DNA from: a bacterium
GTDB lineage: Bacteria > Patescibacteriota > Minisyncoccia > Phycocordibacterales > UBA9973
NCBI GenBank assembly: GCA_037130655.1
Contig: JBAXSP010000003.1
Location: forward strand, 68,684 to 132,683
DNA: 64,000 nt
Direction: 5' to 3'
The position numbers were made by a program, and so were the translations under genes. The number at the start of each line of letters is the position of its first letter. The stretch's first letter is position 1. Below are positions 42,297 to 51,992 of this stretch, piece by piece. The notes beneath the pieces were generated by a model that worked only from the letters and a program-made list of their open reading frames with translations, had not been told where the DNA came from and did not search any database.

Positions 42297-42800
42297 ATGA
42301 CCATGGAACAATTTCCTAAGAAAATAGAAAGTAAGGAAAGCTCTACTTTTGAAACAAAGATTCTTTCGCGTGATGATTTGGTAGATTACATCTACAAAGG
42401 ACAGTCTCTTCCTCAAGATACTCGTTTTCTAGATGTTGAAAAAGGTGGAGTATTTAAGTATTTTCATCTAGAAGATATCGTCGGAATAAATTCTTACTCA
42501 AAAGAGCAGAAATTGTTTCCCTTGGTGGAAACAGAGGGAGTAATTGCTGGACTTGCCGAACTTGAACAAGACCCTAATGATTCAAATAACTTTTGGATCA
42601 AATTTGTTTCTATTGATCCTAAATTCCAGGGGAAGGGATATGCTTCGACACTTATTAGTAAGATTTTTGATTTTGCCAAAGAAAATAATTATTCACTAGA
42701 ACCATCTTTTTATTCAGAGGAAGGCGAGAATAAGTTAAAAGAAGTAATGGAAAAAACCGAAAGAGAAACAGGGGTAAAAGTTGTGCGAAAGTATCAGTAG
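42297..42800 (+). CDS. GNAT family N-acetyltransferase
   Basis: Motif A FQGKGYASTLISKIFDFAKEN. Confidence 0.7.
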   Translation: MTMEQFPKKIESKESSTFETKILSRDDLVDYIYKGQSLPQDTRFLDVEKGGVFKYFHLEDIVGINSYSKEQKLFPLVETEGVIAGLAELEQDPNDSNNFWIKFVSIDPKFQGKGYASTLISKIFDFAKENNYSLEPSFYSEEGENKLKEVMEKTERETGVKVVRKYQ

Positions 42801-42899
42801 TGTCACCGACTCGCATACATCATTTTAACTTTCAAAATTCTACTAAAAACTCTTACGTTGTCTCACCACTCTAGTACTGAACCCGCATGACCCGCAAAA

Positions 42900-42928
42900 C
42901 AAAAATCCCCGATTGGGGATTTTTGTTT
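42900..42928. terminator. Bidirectional terminator AAAAATCCCCGATTGGGGATTTTTGTTTT
   Basis: Hairpin between convergent genes. Confidence 0.7.
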
Positions 42929-42936
42929 TACTCACG

Positions 42937-43710
42937 CTATTGCTGAATAACGGATTTCTGTTTTTTGATAGTATAAACAATTAATCCAATCAAGACTGCA
43001 AGTAATACTGCTGATGAGCCGATAGTACCAAATCCAAGCCCTCCCTTGTCAGGAGTTTTGGTGAGTACATCACCGACGGTTGCACCGAATGGACGAGTGA
43101 GAATGAAGGCGATCCAAAAGAGGAGTACGCCAGAAATCTTGGTAGCGTATTTCAGGATAACAGTAACCAAGATCAAACTACCGACAAGCAATGCTCCTCC
43201 AGCAAATCCAAGTCCGGAGTTATGTGCGAGAAAATCTCCGAGGGCTGTGCCGAGTGTGTTTGAAAACAAGATTGCCATCCAATAAAAAATCTCGCCTTTC
43301 TTTGTTTTTATTTCAGTCACAGAAATAGATTTTTCGGTAAAATACCAAAGACCTAAAATAATAAGTAAGAGACTAATAAGAATCGCTGTTCCTGTGGCAT
43401 AACCAAGTCCAAGTGTACGATCCATAAAATCTGACATTGTCGTACCTGCCGTACTTGTTGCAAGAATCACCGTCCAGTATAGTGCTGGGTTGTATCGTTT
43501 TGATTTCAACTGAGCAACGAGCGCAAGAATAAAAATACCGAAGAGAAAAATAGAACTAAGTGCATAGCCAATATTGAGTGTCATTGAAAATAAATCTCCG
43601 CCGGTTTCTCCAAGTGTTGTCGCTGCTATTTTCATAATCCAGAAAAGAATCGTAATTTCTGGTAATTTATTTGATATGTTGTTTGTAATGGTGTTCATAC
43701 GGTCCATCAT
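42937..43710 (-). CDS. Polytopic membrane protein with four internal (T/A)LG(E/D)xxxD repeats
   Basis: ILFWIMKIAATTLGETGGD, TLGLGYATG, TALGDFLAH, ATVGDVLTK. Confidence 0.5.
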   Translation of the reverse strand: MMDRMNTITNNISNKLPEITILFWIMKIAATTLGETGGDLFSMTLNIGYALSSIFLFGIFILALVAQLKSKRYNPALYWTVILATSTAGTTMSDFMDRTLGLGYATGTAILISLLLIILGLWYFTEKSISVTEIKTKKGEIFYWMAILFSNTLGTALGDFLAHNSGLGFAGGALLVGSLILVTVILKYATKISGVLLFWIAFILTRPFGATVGDVLTKTPDKGGLGFGTIGSSAVLLAVLIGLIVYTIKKQKSVIQQ

Positions 43711-43765
43711 AACACTTCTTGTATCAATGGTACATTACAAAAATCTTTGTGATAAAATCTATCTT

Positions 43766-44437
43766 ATGGACAAAAAAGTCTCAATTGAACCAGAATGGGA
43801 AGTAGTCTTGCATGAGTATTTTGAAACTGAGTCTTTCAAAAAACTGACTAGTTTTGTCAAAGAAGAATACAAAACCAAAACAGTGTATCCTGCACCAAAA
43901 GATTTGTTCAACGCATTTTCGCTTACACCGTTTTCAAAAATCAAAGTAGTAATTCTCGGACAAGATCCATATCACGGAGTAGGGCAGGCACACGGACTGT
44001 GTTTTTCAGTGCAAGATGGGGTGAAGCTTCCGCCGTCACTCAAAAATATTTACAAAGAAATCGAAAGCGACCTCGGAATCAAAAAAGATTTTTCAAATGG
44101 CAATTTGGAATCTTGGGCAAAGCAAGGGGTCTTTTTGCCAAATGCAATTTTGTCAGTTGTTGCAAGTTCGCCTGCGTCGCATCAAGGCAAAGGTTGGGAA
44201 GCATTTACTGATACGGTCATCAAAACAATTTCGGACAAACATGAGCATGTTGTTTTCCTCTTGTGGGGCAATTTTGCGCGCAGTAAAAAAGTCTTGATTG
44301 ATGAATCGAAACACTTGGTACTCGAAGCTCCGCACCCGTCGCCATTTTCAGCACATTCAGGATTCTTCGGTTGTAAGCATTTTTCGAAGTGTAATGCGTA
44401 TTTGAAAAAGTACGGAAAAACTCTTATAGATTGGTAG
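43766..44437 (+). CDS. ung: Uracil-DNA glycosylase (family 1)
   Basis: VVILGQDPYHGVGQAHGLCFSV, HPSPFSA. Start at the internal ATG (TAAAAT -10 sits 7 nt upstream). The ORF-track N-terminal extension is hydrophobic junk. Confidence 0.85.
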   Translation: MDKKVSIEPEWEVVLHEYFETESFKKLTSFVKEEYKTKTVYPAPKDLFNAFSLTPFSKIKVVILGQDPYHGVGQAHGLCFSVQDGVKLPPSLKNIYKEIESDLGIKKDFSNGNLESWAKQGVFLPNAILSVVASSPASHQGKGWEAFTDTVIKTISDKHEHVVFLLWGNFARSKKVLIDESKHLVLEAPHPSPFSAHSGFFGCKHFSKCNAYLKKYGKTLIDW

Positions 44438-44618
44438 TTTTTGGGTAATTCACAGCTATTAGGTACATTGCTATTACTATGGTATAGTGTTTGAGTAAGT
44501 TCGATTTGTCTATTTGTGCCAACTATTCTCTCAGCTAAGCGTTTAATCGTAAGTTCGAAAAAGGTGTCCACTGGTGTCAAATTACTTACGGTTATTATTT
44601 AGTTTATATTTTTTGCAT

Positions 44619-44936
44619 ATGTCAAACAAATTGTTCGTAGGATCCCTAGCTTGGGCTACTACAGATGAAACTCTTGGAGCACACTTTGCTTCAGCTGGTA
44701 CAGTTACTTCTGCTCGTGTTGTCAAAGACAAAATGAGTGGTCGTTCACGTGGATTCGGCTTCGTTGAAATGTCTTCTGTTGAAGAAGCACAAAACGCAGT
44801 TAATTCATTGAATGGAACTGAACTTGATGGACGCGCAATCACTGTATCTGAAGCACAACCACAAACAGAACGTCCAGCTCGTACTGGAGGATTCGGTGGT
44901 GGAAACCGCGGAGGATTCGGTGGTAACCGTGAATAA
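44619..44936 (+). CDS. RRM-domain RNA-binding protein with Gly-rich tail
   Basis: RNP-2 LFVGSLAW, RNP-1 RGFGFVEM, C-terminal GGFGGGNRGGFGG. Confidence 0.8.
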   Translation: MSNKLFVGSLAWATTDETLGAHFASAGTVTSARVVKDKMSGRSRGFGFVEMSSVEEAQNAVNSLNGTELDGRAITVSEAQPQTERPARTGGFGGGNRGGFGGNRE

Positions 44937-44957
44937 TTACCACAGGTAATTACAACT

Positions 44958-44995
44958 AAAAAAGCGGCGGGACCTTTTGGTCCCGCCGCTTTTTT
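44958..44995. terminator. Bidirectional terminator AAAAAGCGGCGGGACC-TTTT-GGTCCCGCCGCTTTTTT
   Basis: 12-bp GC-rich stem. Confidence 0.8.
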
Positions 44996-45641
44996 AGTGT
45001 GCAATCGCAACACCGATAATCATGCGATGTTTGCCGTAGTGTTTTTTCAATACGCGCATTGCTTCTGTCATAGTTGCACCGGTGGTAATCACGTCGTCGA
45101 CAATGACAATTGGTATGCCAGGTTTTATGGTTGTTTGAATTGCATCAAAAACCCCATGCATATTGGTGATACGCTCATGTTTGTTTTTGATATGCGCTTG
45201 CTGTTTTGTTTGAATTCTTTTGGTGAGTAATTGTTTGACTGTTACGGTAGTGCTTTGTTTGGCAATTGCTTCTGCTATTTTTTGTGCATGATTATGAACA
45301 CGGTTTTTCTTATTTGAAAGCGGAATAGGGCAGAGGATGAATTGGTCTGACCGTAGTAGTTTGTCAGCAAGTTCTTCGGTAATCAGTTCGTATAGTGCCC
45401 GACCAAAACTTTCGGTATACGCATGACGATTGTTGTATTTTATCTTTTTGATAACATGACGTATTGTTTTGTCTTTGTATGAAAAAATAGCCAAGGTGTT
45501 TTTGGGAAGTGTGTATGTGTTTGTTGGGGTGCATTTACTAAAACACTGTTCACACAAAACAGCACCGCTCCTCCCGCAGAGGATACAGTTGATAGGGAAC
45601 AAAAAATTAACTACTTGTGTATAGAATGATAAGCGCTTCAT
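44994..45641 (-). CDS. ComF-family protein (phosphoribosyltransferase domain, ComFC-like)
   Basis: N-terminal Cys4 (CILCGR...CEQCF) and PRTase motif IVIVDDVITTGATM. Confidence 0.75.
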   Translation of the reverse strand: MKRLSFYTQVVNFLFPINCILCGRSGAVLCEQCFSKCTPTNTYTLPKNTLAIFSYKDKTIRHVIKKIKYNNRHAYTESFGRALYELITEELADKLLRSDQFILCPIPLSNKKNRVHNHAQKIAEAIAKQSTTVTVKQLLTKRIQTKQQAHIKNKHERITNMHGVFDAIQTTIKPGIPIVIVDDVITTGATMTEAMRVLKKHYGKHRMIIGVAIAH

Positions 45642-45659
45642 GGTATACTTTTATTATAT

Positions 45660-46793
45660 ATGCAAGGAATAATTGAGAAAATCAAAAACACCATCAAAGG
45701 ACTTTTTGCAAGCAATGGCACTGTGCACGGCAGTGTTGTCGGTCTTGATATTGGTGCGTCTGCGATCAAAGTAGTACAAATCAAAAAAGAAAATAACAAA
45801 GCAGTACTTGAGACATACGGTTCTATTGCACTTGGTCCGTTTTTGAAAACAGAAGTTGGAAAACCAATCGCACTTACTCCAGAAATTATTGCACAATCAG
45901 TTGTTCAGCTATTCAAAGAATCAGGTATTTCTGGTACGACCGTACAATGTGTTATTCCGACGTATTCAGCGTTGGTTTTTGTGTTATCGATTCCAGTTTC
46001 AATCCCAACAACTTCTTTCAAAGATGTTGTTCCGACAGAAGCTCGCAAATACATTCCTGTTCCTATCGAAGAGGTGACACTCGATTGGTTTTTGTTGCCC
46101 AAAAAAGACGTCTTCGATATGAGCGCGCAAGAATCAAAAGAAGTCGTTGAAGAAAAAAATGAAGTCTTGGTGGTGGCAATTCATAATGAAGCAATCAAGC
46201 GATATCAAGACGGTTTGGCACAAGCACAAGTCGAAAGTTCTTCTTTTGAAGTTGAGGCATTTTCTCAAGTGCGCGCAATTTTGACACATGAGCTAGCACC
46301 GGTAGTAGTTGTTGATGTTGGTGCATCAAAAACAAAAATCGCGATTGTTGAATACGGTATCGTAAAATCAACACACATTGTAAACAAAGGTGGTGCAGAT
46401 TTTACAAATGCAATCAAAGAATCAATGGAGGTCAATTTTGCACAAGCAGAAAACTGGAAACGTGATTATGGTTTGAATTCTGATGGAAGAGGAGAAGAGG
46501 TTGCGAAAGCAATAATGCCGAGTGTTGATTTTATTCTTTCTGAAATAAACACTGCAATGATACAATATGAACGTACGAGCAACCGATCAATCAACAAAGT
46601 ATTTCTCACTGGCGGAGGAGTGTTGGTCAAAGGTTTTACCGAAAAAGCATACGATTATCTCCGAACAGAAACAGTACTTGGAAATCCTTTTTATAAGGTC
46701 GACGCACCAGCTTTTCTTGCTCCGACATTGTTAACTATCGGACCAGAATTTTCAGGTGCAATTGGAATCGCACTTCGCGCACTTGATTCTTAA
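45660..46793 (+). CDS. pilM: Type IV pilus assembly protein PilM (actin-like ATPase)
   Basis: VVGLDIGASAIKVVQIKKENNKAVLETYGSIAL, C-terminal actin-fold motifs. Confidence 0.8.
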   Translation: MQGIIEKIKNTIKGLFASNGTVHGSVVGLDIGASAIKVVQIKKENNKAVLETYGSIALGPFLKTEVGKPIALTPEIIAQSVVQLFKESGISGTTVQCVIPTYSALVFVLSIPVSIPTTSFKDVVPTEARKYIPVPIEEVTLDWFLLPKKDVFDMSAQESKEVVEEKNEVLVVAIHNEAIKRYQDGLAQAQVESSSFEVEAFSQVRAILTHELAPVVVVDVGASKTKIAIVEYGIVKSTHIVNKGGADFTNAIKESMEVNFAQAENWKRDYGLNSDGRGEEVAKAIMPSVDFILSEINTAMIQYERTSNRSINKVFLTGGGVLVKGFTEKAYDYLRTETVLGNPFYKVDAPAFLAPTLLTIGPEFSGAIGIALRALDS

Positions 46794-46801
46794 GTTATTG
46801 T

Positions 46802-47419
46802 ATGGATCCAAAAATACAACAAACAGCTTTTATACCCAAAAAACCACTCGCTGAAGAACGAGCTTTTTCTGCAAGTACACCGGTACGAAGAGGTGGAGGT
46901 TTGTTGTCATTGGTTTCAGTTTTTTTACTCATTGTTTCAATCGCATTGGCAGGAGGAGTCTTTTTTTGGAAAACAACAAAAGAAAAATCTTTTAATGAAA
47001 AGAGAAATCAGATTCAAAACTCAGAAGATGCAATTGATACCAAGTTTCTCGATGAAATCAAGGATTTGGATAGAAGAATCAAAGCATCGAACCAGCTCTT
47101 GAATAATCACATTAGTTTGTCACCGCTATTTACTGCGCTTGGACAATCAACACTGAAGTCTGTTCAATATACTCGTTTTGATTATAAAATAAGTGATGGT
47201 TCTGATCTGAATCCAAAAATGGTTACCATCAGTCTTTCTGGTGTTGCAAAATCGTACGCATCTATCGCGCTTCAGTCAGACGCATTTTCTCAGAATCGAA
47301 ATATTCAAGATCCTATTTTTTCAGGACTTAGTAGAGATGAGAAAGATGGCACGGTCACTTTCAATCTTAATTTCACAGTAAACCCAGCTTTTTTGAACTA
47401 TAAAGGTAATCAAAAATAA
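46802..47419 (+). CDS. PilN-like bitopic pilus assembly protein
   Basis: Single N-terminal TM. Position after pilM. Confidence 0.5.
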   Translation: MDPKIQQTAFIPKKPLAEERAFSASTPVRRGGGLLSLVSVFLLIVSIALAGGVFFWKTTKEKSFNEKRNQIQNSEDAIDTKFLDEIKDLDRRIKASNQLLNNHISLSPLFTALGQSTLKSVQYTRFDYKISDGSDLNPKMVTISLSGVAKSYASIALQSDAFSQNRNIQDPIFSGLSRDEKDGTVTFNLNFTVNPAFLNYKGNQK

Positions 47420-47420
47420 T

Positions 47421-48041
47421 ATGCAATTTATTACACCAATCATTTTAATAGCAATCTCAGCTGGAACTTTCTTTTTCTATACATACCCAGCATACAAATC
47501 AGTATCGAGTATGGATACTGATCAAGGTGCACTCAATCAGGCAATTGATAATGCTGTTCGCTATCGAACAGTACAAGATAACCTTGCCTCAAATTATCGA
47601 AACATTAAGCAAGACGACATCAATAAAATGCGTTTGATGTTGCCTGACAATATCGACAATGTTCGACTGGTGATTGATTTGGAAAAAATAGCGAATGATA
47701 GTGGTCTTGCATTCAAGAGTGTGCAGTATGATGCAAGTGCTAGTAAAGAAGCAAAATCATCAAAACCTGTTTCTCCGCACGGAGCTACGGTACCCACAGC
47801 TAGTGTCAATGGTAGTAGTGACGGAACTCCATATGGTTCAGCAAATATTACATTCACAGTGACTGGTCCATATGAACAATTTATTGTTTTCTTGAAAAAG
47901 TTAGAACAAAGTTTGCGTCTGATGGATGTGACTTCTGTTGGATTTTCTGTTGCAGAGGTGTCAGCTGATTCAAAGAAAAAATCTGATGTGCCTGCGTATG
48001 ATTATAATATTACTATTAGAACCTATTGGTTGAAAAATTAA
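47421..48041 (+). CDS. PilO-like bitopic pilus assembly protein
   Basis: Single TM. Position and size. Confidence 0.5.
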   Translation: MQFITPIILIAISAGTFFFYTYPAYKSVSSMDTDQGALNQAIDNAVRYRTVQDNLASNYRNIKQDDINKMRLMLPDNIDNVRLVIDLEKIANDSGLAFKSVQYDASASKEAKSSKPVSPHGATVPTASVNGSSDGTPYGSANITFTVTGPYEQFIVFLKKLEQSLRLMDVTSVGFSVAEVSADSKKKSDVPAYDYNITIRTYWLKN

Positions 48042-48044
48042 AGT

Positions 48045-48437
48045 ATGAATAAAACGATAAAAATAATTGCAATCATTGTTTTTTTGGCAGGAGGTGGATA
48101 CCTTGCATATTTTTATTTTGGAATAAATCAATCAAATGTAAGTAGTGGAGAAGCTGCTCCAAGCGCATCAACTGAAGAGATCAATCAGAAGTTTGTACAA
48201 TCACTTGCTGGTATTTCAACAATAGTACTCGATAAAAATATATTTTCAAATCCAGCTTTTGCTTCTTTGGTTGATTATTCAAATCCACTCGTACCAGAAC
48301 CAACAATCGGGCGAAATGATCCGTTTCTTCCGATCGGGTCTGATGATACAAGTGTTTCTTCTGATGCTCCTGTAGTAGATACGACAAATACAACAACTGG
48401 AACTCCAAATAAATTACCAGCAAAAAGAAATCAATAA
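48045..48437 (+). CDS. Small PilP-like / hypothetical membrane-anchored protein
   Basis: N-terminal TM, Pro/Thr-rich tail. Confidence 0.4.
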   Translation: MNKTIKIIAIIVFLAGGGYLAYFYFGINQSNVSSGEAAPSASTEEINQKFVQSLAGISTIVLDKNIFSNPAFASLVDYSNPLVPEPTIGRNDPFLPIGSDDTSVSSDAPVVDTTNTTTGTPNKLPAKRNQ

Positions 48438-48438
48438 T

Positions 48439-50196
48439 ATGGATTATATTGATACATTGGTTGAGAAAAAATTCATCAGTAGTCAAATAGCTAAAGAGGC
48501 AAGAGCTCTTGCAGTTTCAAAATTTGATGGGAATATTGATGCTGCGTTGCTTGATATGGGAATACCATCTTCTTCTATTCGTGATGCAAAAAGTGCGTTT
48601 TTTGCTATTCCAGTCAAAAGTGTTTCTCCAAAAGATGTCGGGGCAGATTTATTGAAATATATTCCTGAAGATGCTGCAAATCACTACATGTTTATTCCAA
48701 TTGGATACAAAGATGACGTACTCGAAGTCGGTGTTGTTAATCCTGAAGATTCGTCTGCAATGAATGCACTGCAATTTATTTCAGTTAAATCAAACATTCC
48801 ATACAAACAGTTTGTTATCTCTCGAGAAGATTTTGAAGCGGTTTTGGGAAATTATAAAAACACTACTGGAGAAGTTGATCAGGCGCTTTCTCAAATGGAT
48901 ACAGAACTCGAAACAGCCAATGCTGATATTTCAAATAGTGATTCTCATGAAGAGCTCAAAGACAAACAAGAAGACAAGATTGTAGAAGATGCGCCGATTA
49001 TCAAAATCGTGGCCGTGATTTTGCGTCACGCTATCGAAGGAGATGCTTCTGATATTCACATTGAAAATAATGGTGACAAGGTGAATGTGCGTTTTCGTGT
49101 AGATGGAACACTTCATACCTCACTAGTGCTTCCGATGAATACCTACAACGGAATTGTTGCGCGTATCAAAATTTTGGCTCGACTTCGTCTCGATGAAAAA
49201 CGTAAACCACAAGACGGGTCATTTTCTTCAAAAATTGATGGACGAAAAATTGATTTCCGTGTCTCTACGATGCCAACATCATATGGTGAAAAAGTCGTGA
49301 TGCGTATTTTGGATTCTGAAAAAGGTTTGAAACCACTCGATCAGTTAGGGCTTTCTCCTCATAATTTGGAATTGGTAAAAAAGGCGCTTGAGTTGCCATA
49401 TGGATTGATTTTGATTACCGGCCCAACTGGTTCTGGTAAAACAACCACCTTGTATTCGATGCTTGCTTCACTTGATCGTGATGGAGAAAACATTGTCTCA
49501 CTTGAAGATCCTGTCGAGTATAATCTTCCTGGTGTGAATCAATCACAAGTGATGGCAGAAATTGGATATACGTTTGCCTCAGGACTTCGTTCTATTTTGC
49601 GTCAAGACCCAGATATTATTTTGGTTGGAGAAATCCGTGACAAAGAAACTGCACAGTTGGCGATTCAAGCGGCGCTTACTGGTCACTTGGTGCTTTCGAC
49701 GTTGCACACCAACAATGCTGCCGGAGTTGTTCCACGTTTGATAGACATGGGAGTTGATCCATATCTTATTGCTCCAACACTCGCACTTGCTGTCGGTCAA
49801 CGACTTGTTCGGGCAACACATCCTTCATCACGCAAAGAAGTTCCAACATCAGAAGAAGTCAAAGGATTGTATAACAAATATTTCGGAGATTTGACCCCAG
49901 AAGCAAAAGCGCAAATTCCACTCAAAGACACTATGATTGAAACTGTTCCATCTGCAGAGTGTCCATCAGGAACTCGTGGGCGTATCGCGGTGCATGAAAT
50001 GTTTATTGTAGACAAAGAAATGCAAACATTGATTATGAAGTCTCCGGGAGAACAAGAGATTATGAGAGTTGCTCGAAAGCAGGGAATGATCACAATGAAA
50101 GAAGATGGATTTATCAAGAGTTTGAACGGACTGCTTCCGATGACTGAAGTGTATACCCTGGGACAAGATGATGATTCTGAAGAGGTGGTTGCATAA
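48439..50196 (+). CDS. pilB: Type IV pilus assembly ATPase PilB (GspE family)
   Basis: N-terminal GSPII_E_N domain, Walker A GPTGSGKTT, Asp box, His box, Walker B. Tetracysteine-like C-terminal region CPSGTRGR. Confidence 0.9.
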   Translation: MDYIDTLVEKKFISSQIAKEARALAVSKFDGNIDAALLDMGIPSSSIRDAKSAFFAIPVKSVSPKDVGADLLKYIPEDAANHYMFIPIGYKDDVLEVGVVNPEDSSAMNALQFISVKSNIPYKQFVISREDFEAVLGNYKNTTGEVDQALSQMDTELETANADISNSDSHEELKDKQEDKIVEDAPIIKIVAVILRHAIEGDASDIHIENNGDKVNVRFRVDGTLHTSLVLPMNTYNGIVARIKILARLRLDEKRKPQDGSFSSKIDGRKIDFRVSTMPTSYGEKVVMRILDSEKGLKPLDQLGLSPHNLELVKKALELPYGLILITGPTGSGKTTTLYSMLASLDRDGENIVSLEDPVEYNLPGVNQSQVMAEIGYTFASGLRSILRQDPDIILVGEIRDKETAQLAIQAALTGHLVLSTLHTNNAAGVVPRLIDMGVDPYLIAPTLALAVGQRLVRATHPSSRKEVPTSEEVKGLYNKYFGDLTPEAKAQIPLKDTMIETVPSAECPSGTRGRIAVHEMFIVDKEMQTLIMKSPGEQEIMRVARKQGMITMKEDGFIKSLNGLLPMTEVYTLGQDDDSEEVVA

Positions 50197-50205
50197 AAAG
50201 CAATA

Positions 50206-50256
50206 AAAAGCGGATTTTACTGACTTTTCAAAATTAGGTCAGTAAAATCCGCTTTT
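50206..50256 (+). terminator. Terminator AAAAGCGGATTTTACTGAC...GTCAGTAAAATCCGCTTTTTCG
   Basis: Long perfect inverted repeat plus T-run. Confidence 0.75.
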
Positions 50257-50324
50257 TCGATATGTGGTAAGTTTTACACAGACCGTAGGAGAAAAGTGAT
50301 TATTTTTGGTATACTTTATTCACT

Positions 50325-50717
50325 ATGGATACACCGAAAAAGATTTTGATTGTTGATGATGACAGTTTTTTGCTTGATATGTATGCGCTCAAATTTACAC
50401 AAGCGGGATATACTGTCGACACGGCACTTGGTCCAAAAATTTGTCTTGAAAAACTACGAGGAGGACTTGTTCCCGATATTATGCTCATGGATATCGTGAT
50501 GCCAGAAATGGATGGTTTTGAAATGCTTGAAGTTATTAATGCTGAAGGTCTTATTGCTCATACAATCAAAATTGTTCTTTCTAATCGAGGTCAATCTGCT
50601 GATGTTGCTCGCGGGCAAGCACTTGGAGTCAGTGGATATATTGTCAAAGCCAACACTACACCAACAGAAGTTATCGGACGTGTCGCTGAAATTATCACTA
50701 CTAAAAAAACAGCGTAG
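50325..50717 (+). CDS. Stand-alone response-regulator receiver (CheY/PilH-like)
   Basis: DDD acidic pocket, phospho-acceptor D in MLMDIVMP, conserved S/T and K. Confidence 0.8.
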   Translation: MDTPKKILIVDDDSFLLDMYALKFTQAGYTVDTALGPKICLEKLRGGLVPDIMLMDIVMPEMDGFEMLEVINAEGLIAHTIKIVLSNRGQSADVARGQALGVSGYIVKANTTPTEVIGRVAEIITTKKTA

Positions 50718-50719
50718 CT

Positions 50720-51775
50720 ATGGATCACGAGAAATATCTTCGCGATCTCGTAAAAGAAATGATAGATCAAGGTGCTTCTGATCTTCATATTTCTTCTTTG
50801 CGCACACCACTGATTCGAATCTCTGGTGAATTAAAAGCACTTGCATACGAAGCACCGAAGAACGATGACATGGCAAGTATCTTGACCAGTATTGTTGGTA
50901 AAGAAAAATTTACTACTTTCTCTGAAAAACTAGATTTAGACTTTTCATATGATTACGATGAAAACGCTCGATTGCGTGGACATGCGTTTATCCAAAAGAC
51001 TGGTATTTCACTGGTCTTTCGTCTCATTCCAAAAATAAAATCATTGGCAGAATTACAACTTCCTCCAATGCTTGAACAATTTGCTTTGGCACGACAAGGA
51101 TTCTTTTTGGTTGTTGGTCCGGTTGGACAAGGAAAGACTACAACACTAGCTTCGATGGTAAATATCATCAATGAAAAACGCGCAGCTCACATCGTAACTA
51201 TTGAAGACCCGATTGAACACATCTACGATCAAAAGAAATCATTAATCGATCAAAGAGAAGTCGGTATCGAAGCACATTCTTTTGAATCAGCATTAACTTC
51301 TGCTTTTCGTGAAGATGTGAACGTTATCTTGATTGGAGAAATGCGCACGAGAGAAACGATGGCAACTGCCGTAACTGCTGCAGAAACAGGTCACTTGGTA
51401 TTGGCAACACTTCACACTAACAATGCTTCTCAAACAATCGATCGTATTATTGACTCGTTTCCTGCAGAACAACAAGATCAAATTCGTGTACAATTAGCGG
51501 CTTCATTGCTCGGTGTTTTTTCACAACGATTGATTCCGAAAATCACTGGTGGGCGAATTCCTGCGTATGAACTCTTGATCAATACTCCAGCTGTTTCAAA
51601 TTTGATTCGAGAAAAAAGAACACACGAAATAGATGTGGTGATTGAAACAGGTACTGATCAAGGAATGGTGGATATGAATCGTTCACTTGTCGAACTTGTT
51701 CGAAACGGAGAAATTACTCAAGAAAATGCATTTGCATATTCTTCAAATCCGAGAGCGTTGACACAGCTTCTATAG
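50720..51775 (+). CDS. pilT: Twitching-motility ATPase PilT
   Basis: Walker A GPVGQGKTT, Asp and His boxes, 351 aa. Confidence 0.9.
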   Translation: MDHEKYLRDLVKEMIDQGASDLHISSLRTPLIRISGELKALAYEAPKNDDMASILTSIVGKEKFTTFSEKLDLDFSYDYDENARLRGHAFIQKTGISLVFRLIPKIKSLAELQLPPMLEQFALARQGFFLVVGPVGQGKTTTLASMVNIINEKRAAHIVTIEDPIEHIYDQKKSLIDQREVGIEAHSFESALTSAFREDVNVILIGEMRTRETMATAVTAAETGHLVLATLHTNNASQTIDRIIDSFPAEQQDQIRVQLAASLLGVFSQRLIPKITGGRIPAYELLINTPAVSNLIREKRTHEIDVVIETGTDQGMVDMNRSLVELVRNGEITQENAFAYSSNPRALTQLL

Positions 51776-51789
51776 GAAAAGTATTTAGT

Positions 51790-51880
51790 ATGTCAGAGTA
51801 TGGAATATAGAAAAGAGTGACGACCGCAGGTCGTCACTCTTTATGTTGTGTGGATTTTCTATATTCCTTACAGGAACAGT
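51790..51880. repeat. Intergenic inverted-repeat element with terminator core (related to 60690-60775)
   Basis: GTATGTCAGAGTATGGAATATAGAAAAG, then hairpin AGTGACGACCGCAGGTCGTCACTC, then GGATTTTCTATATTCC. Confidence 0.6.
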
Positions 51881-51992
51881 ACACCTTTTCGATTTTTTGT
51901 TTCGTCGATACTCACAAAAATACTGAAAAGGTCTTGCAAAGTTCCCCCCAAAACTTTTCACTGAAATACTATACTCTGATATACTTATTTAT

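Noticed and set aside
43574-43765. N-terminal 64-aa extension of ung, and similar extensions for rplJ (20368), the ABC ATPase (41059), dgkA (38846), pilins (53297, 56508, 57206) and the RRM protein (44574)
   Set aside because: The extensions run through promoter -10 boxes or overlap upstream genes, and they lack family conservation. Internal ATGs give canonical N-termini (prepilin leaders, the L10 N-terminus and so on).
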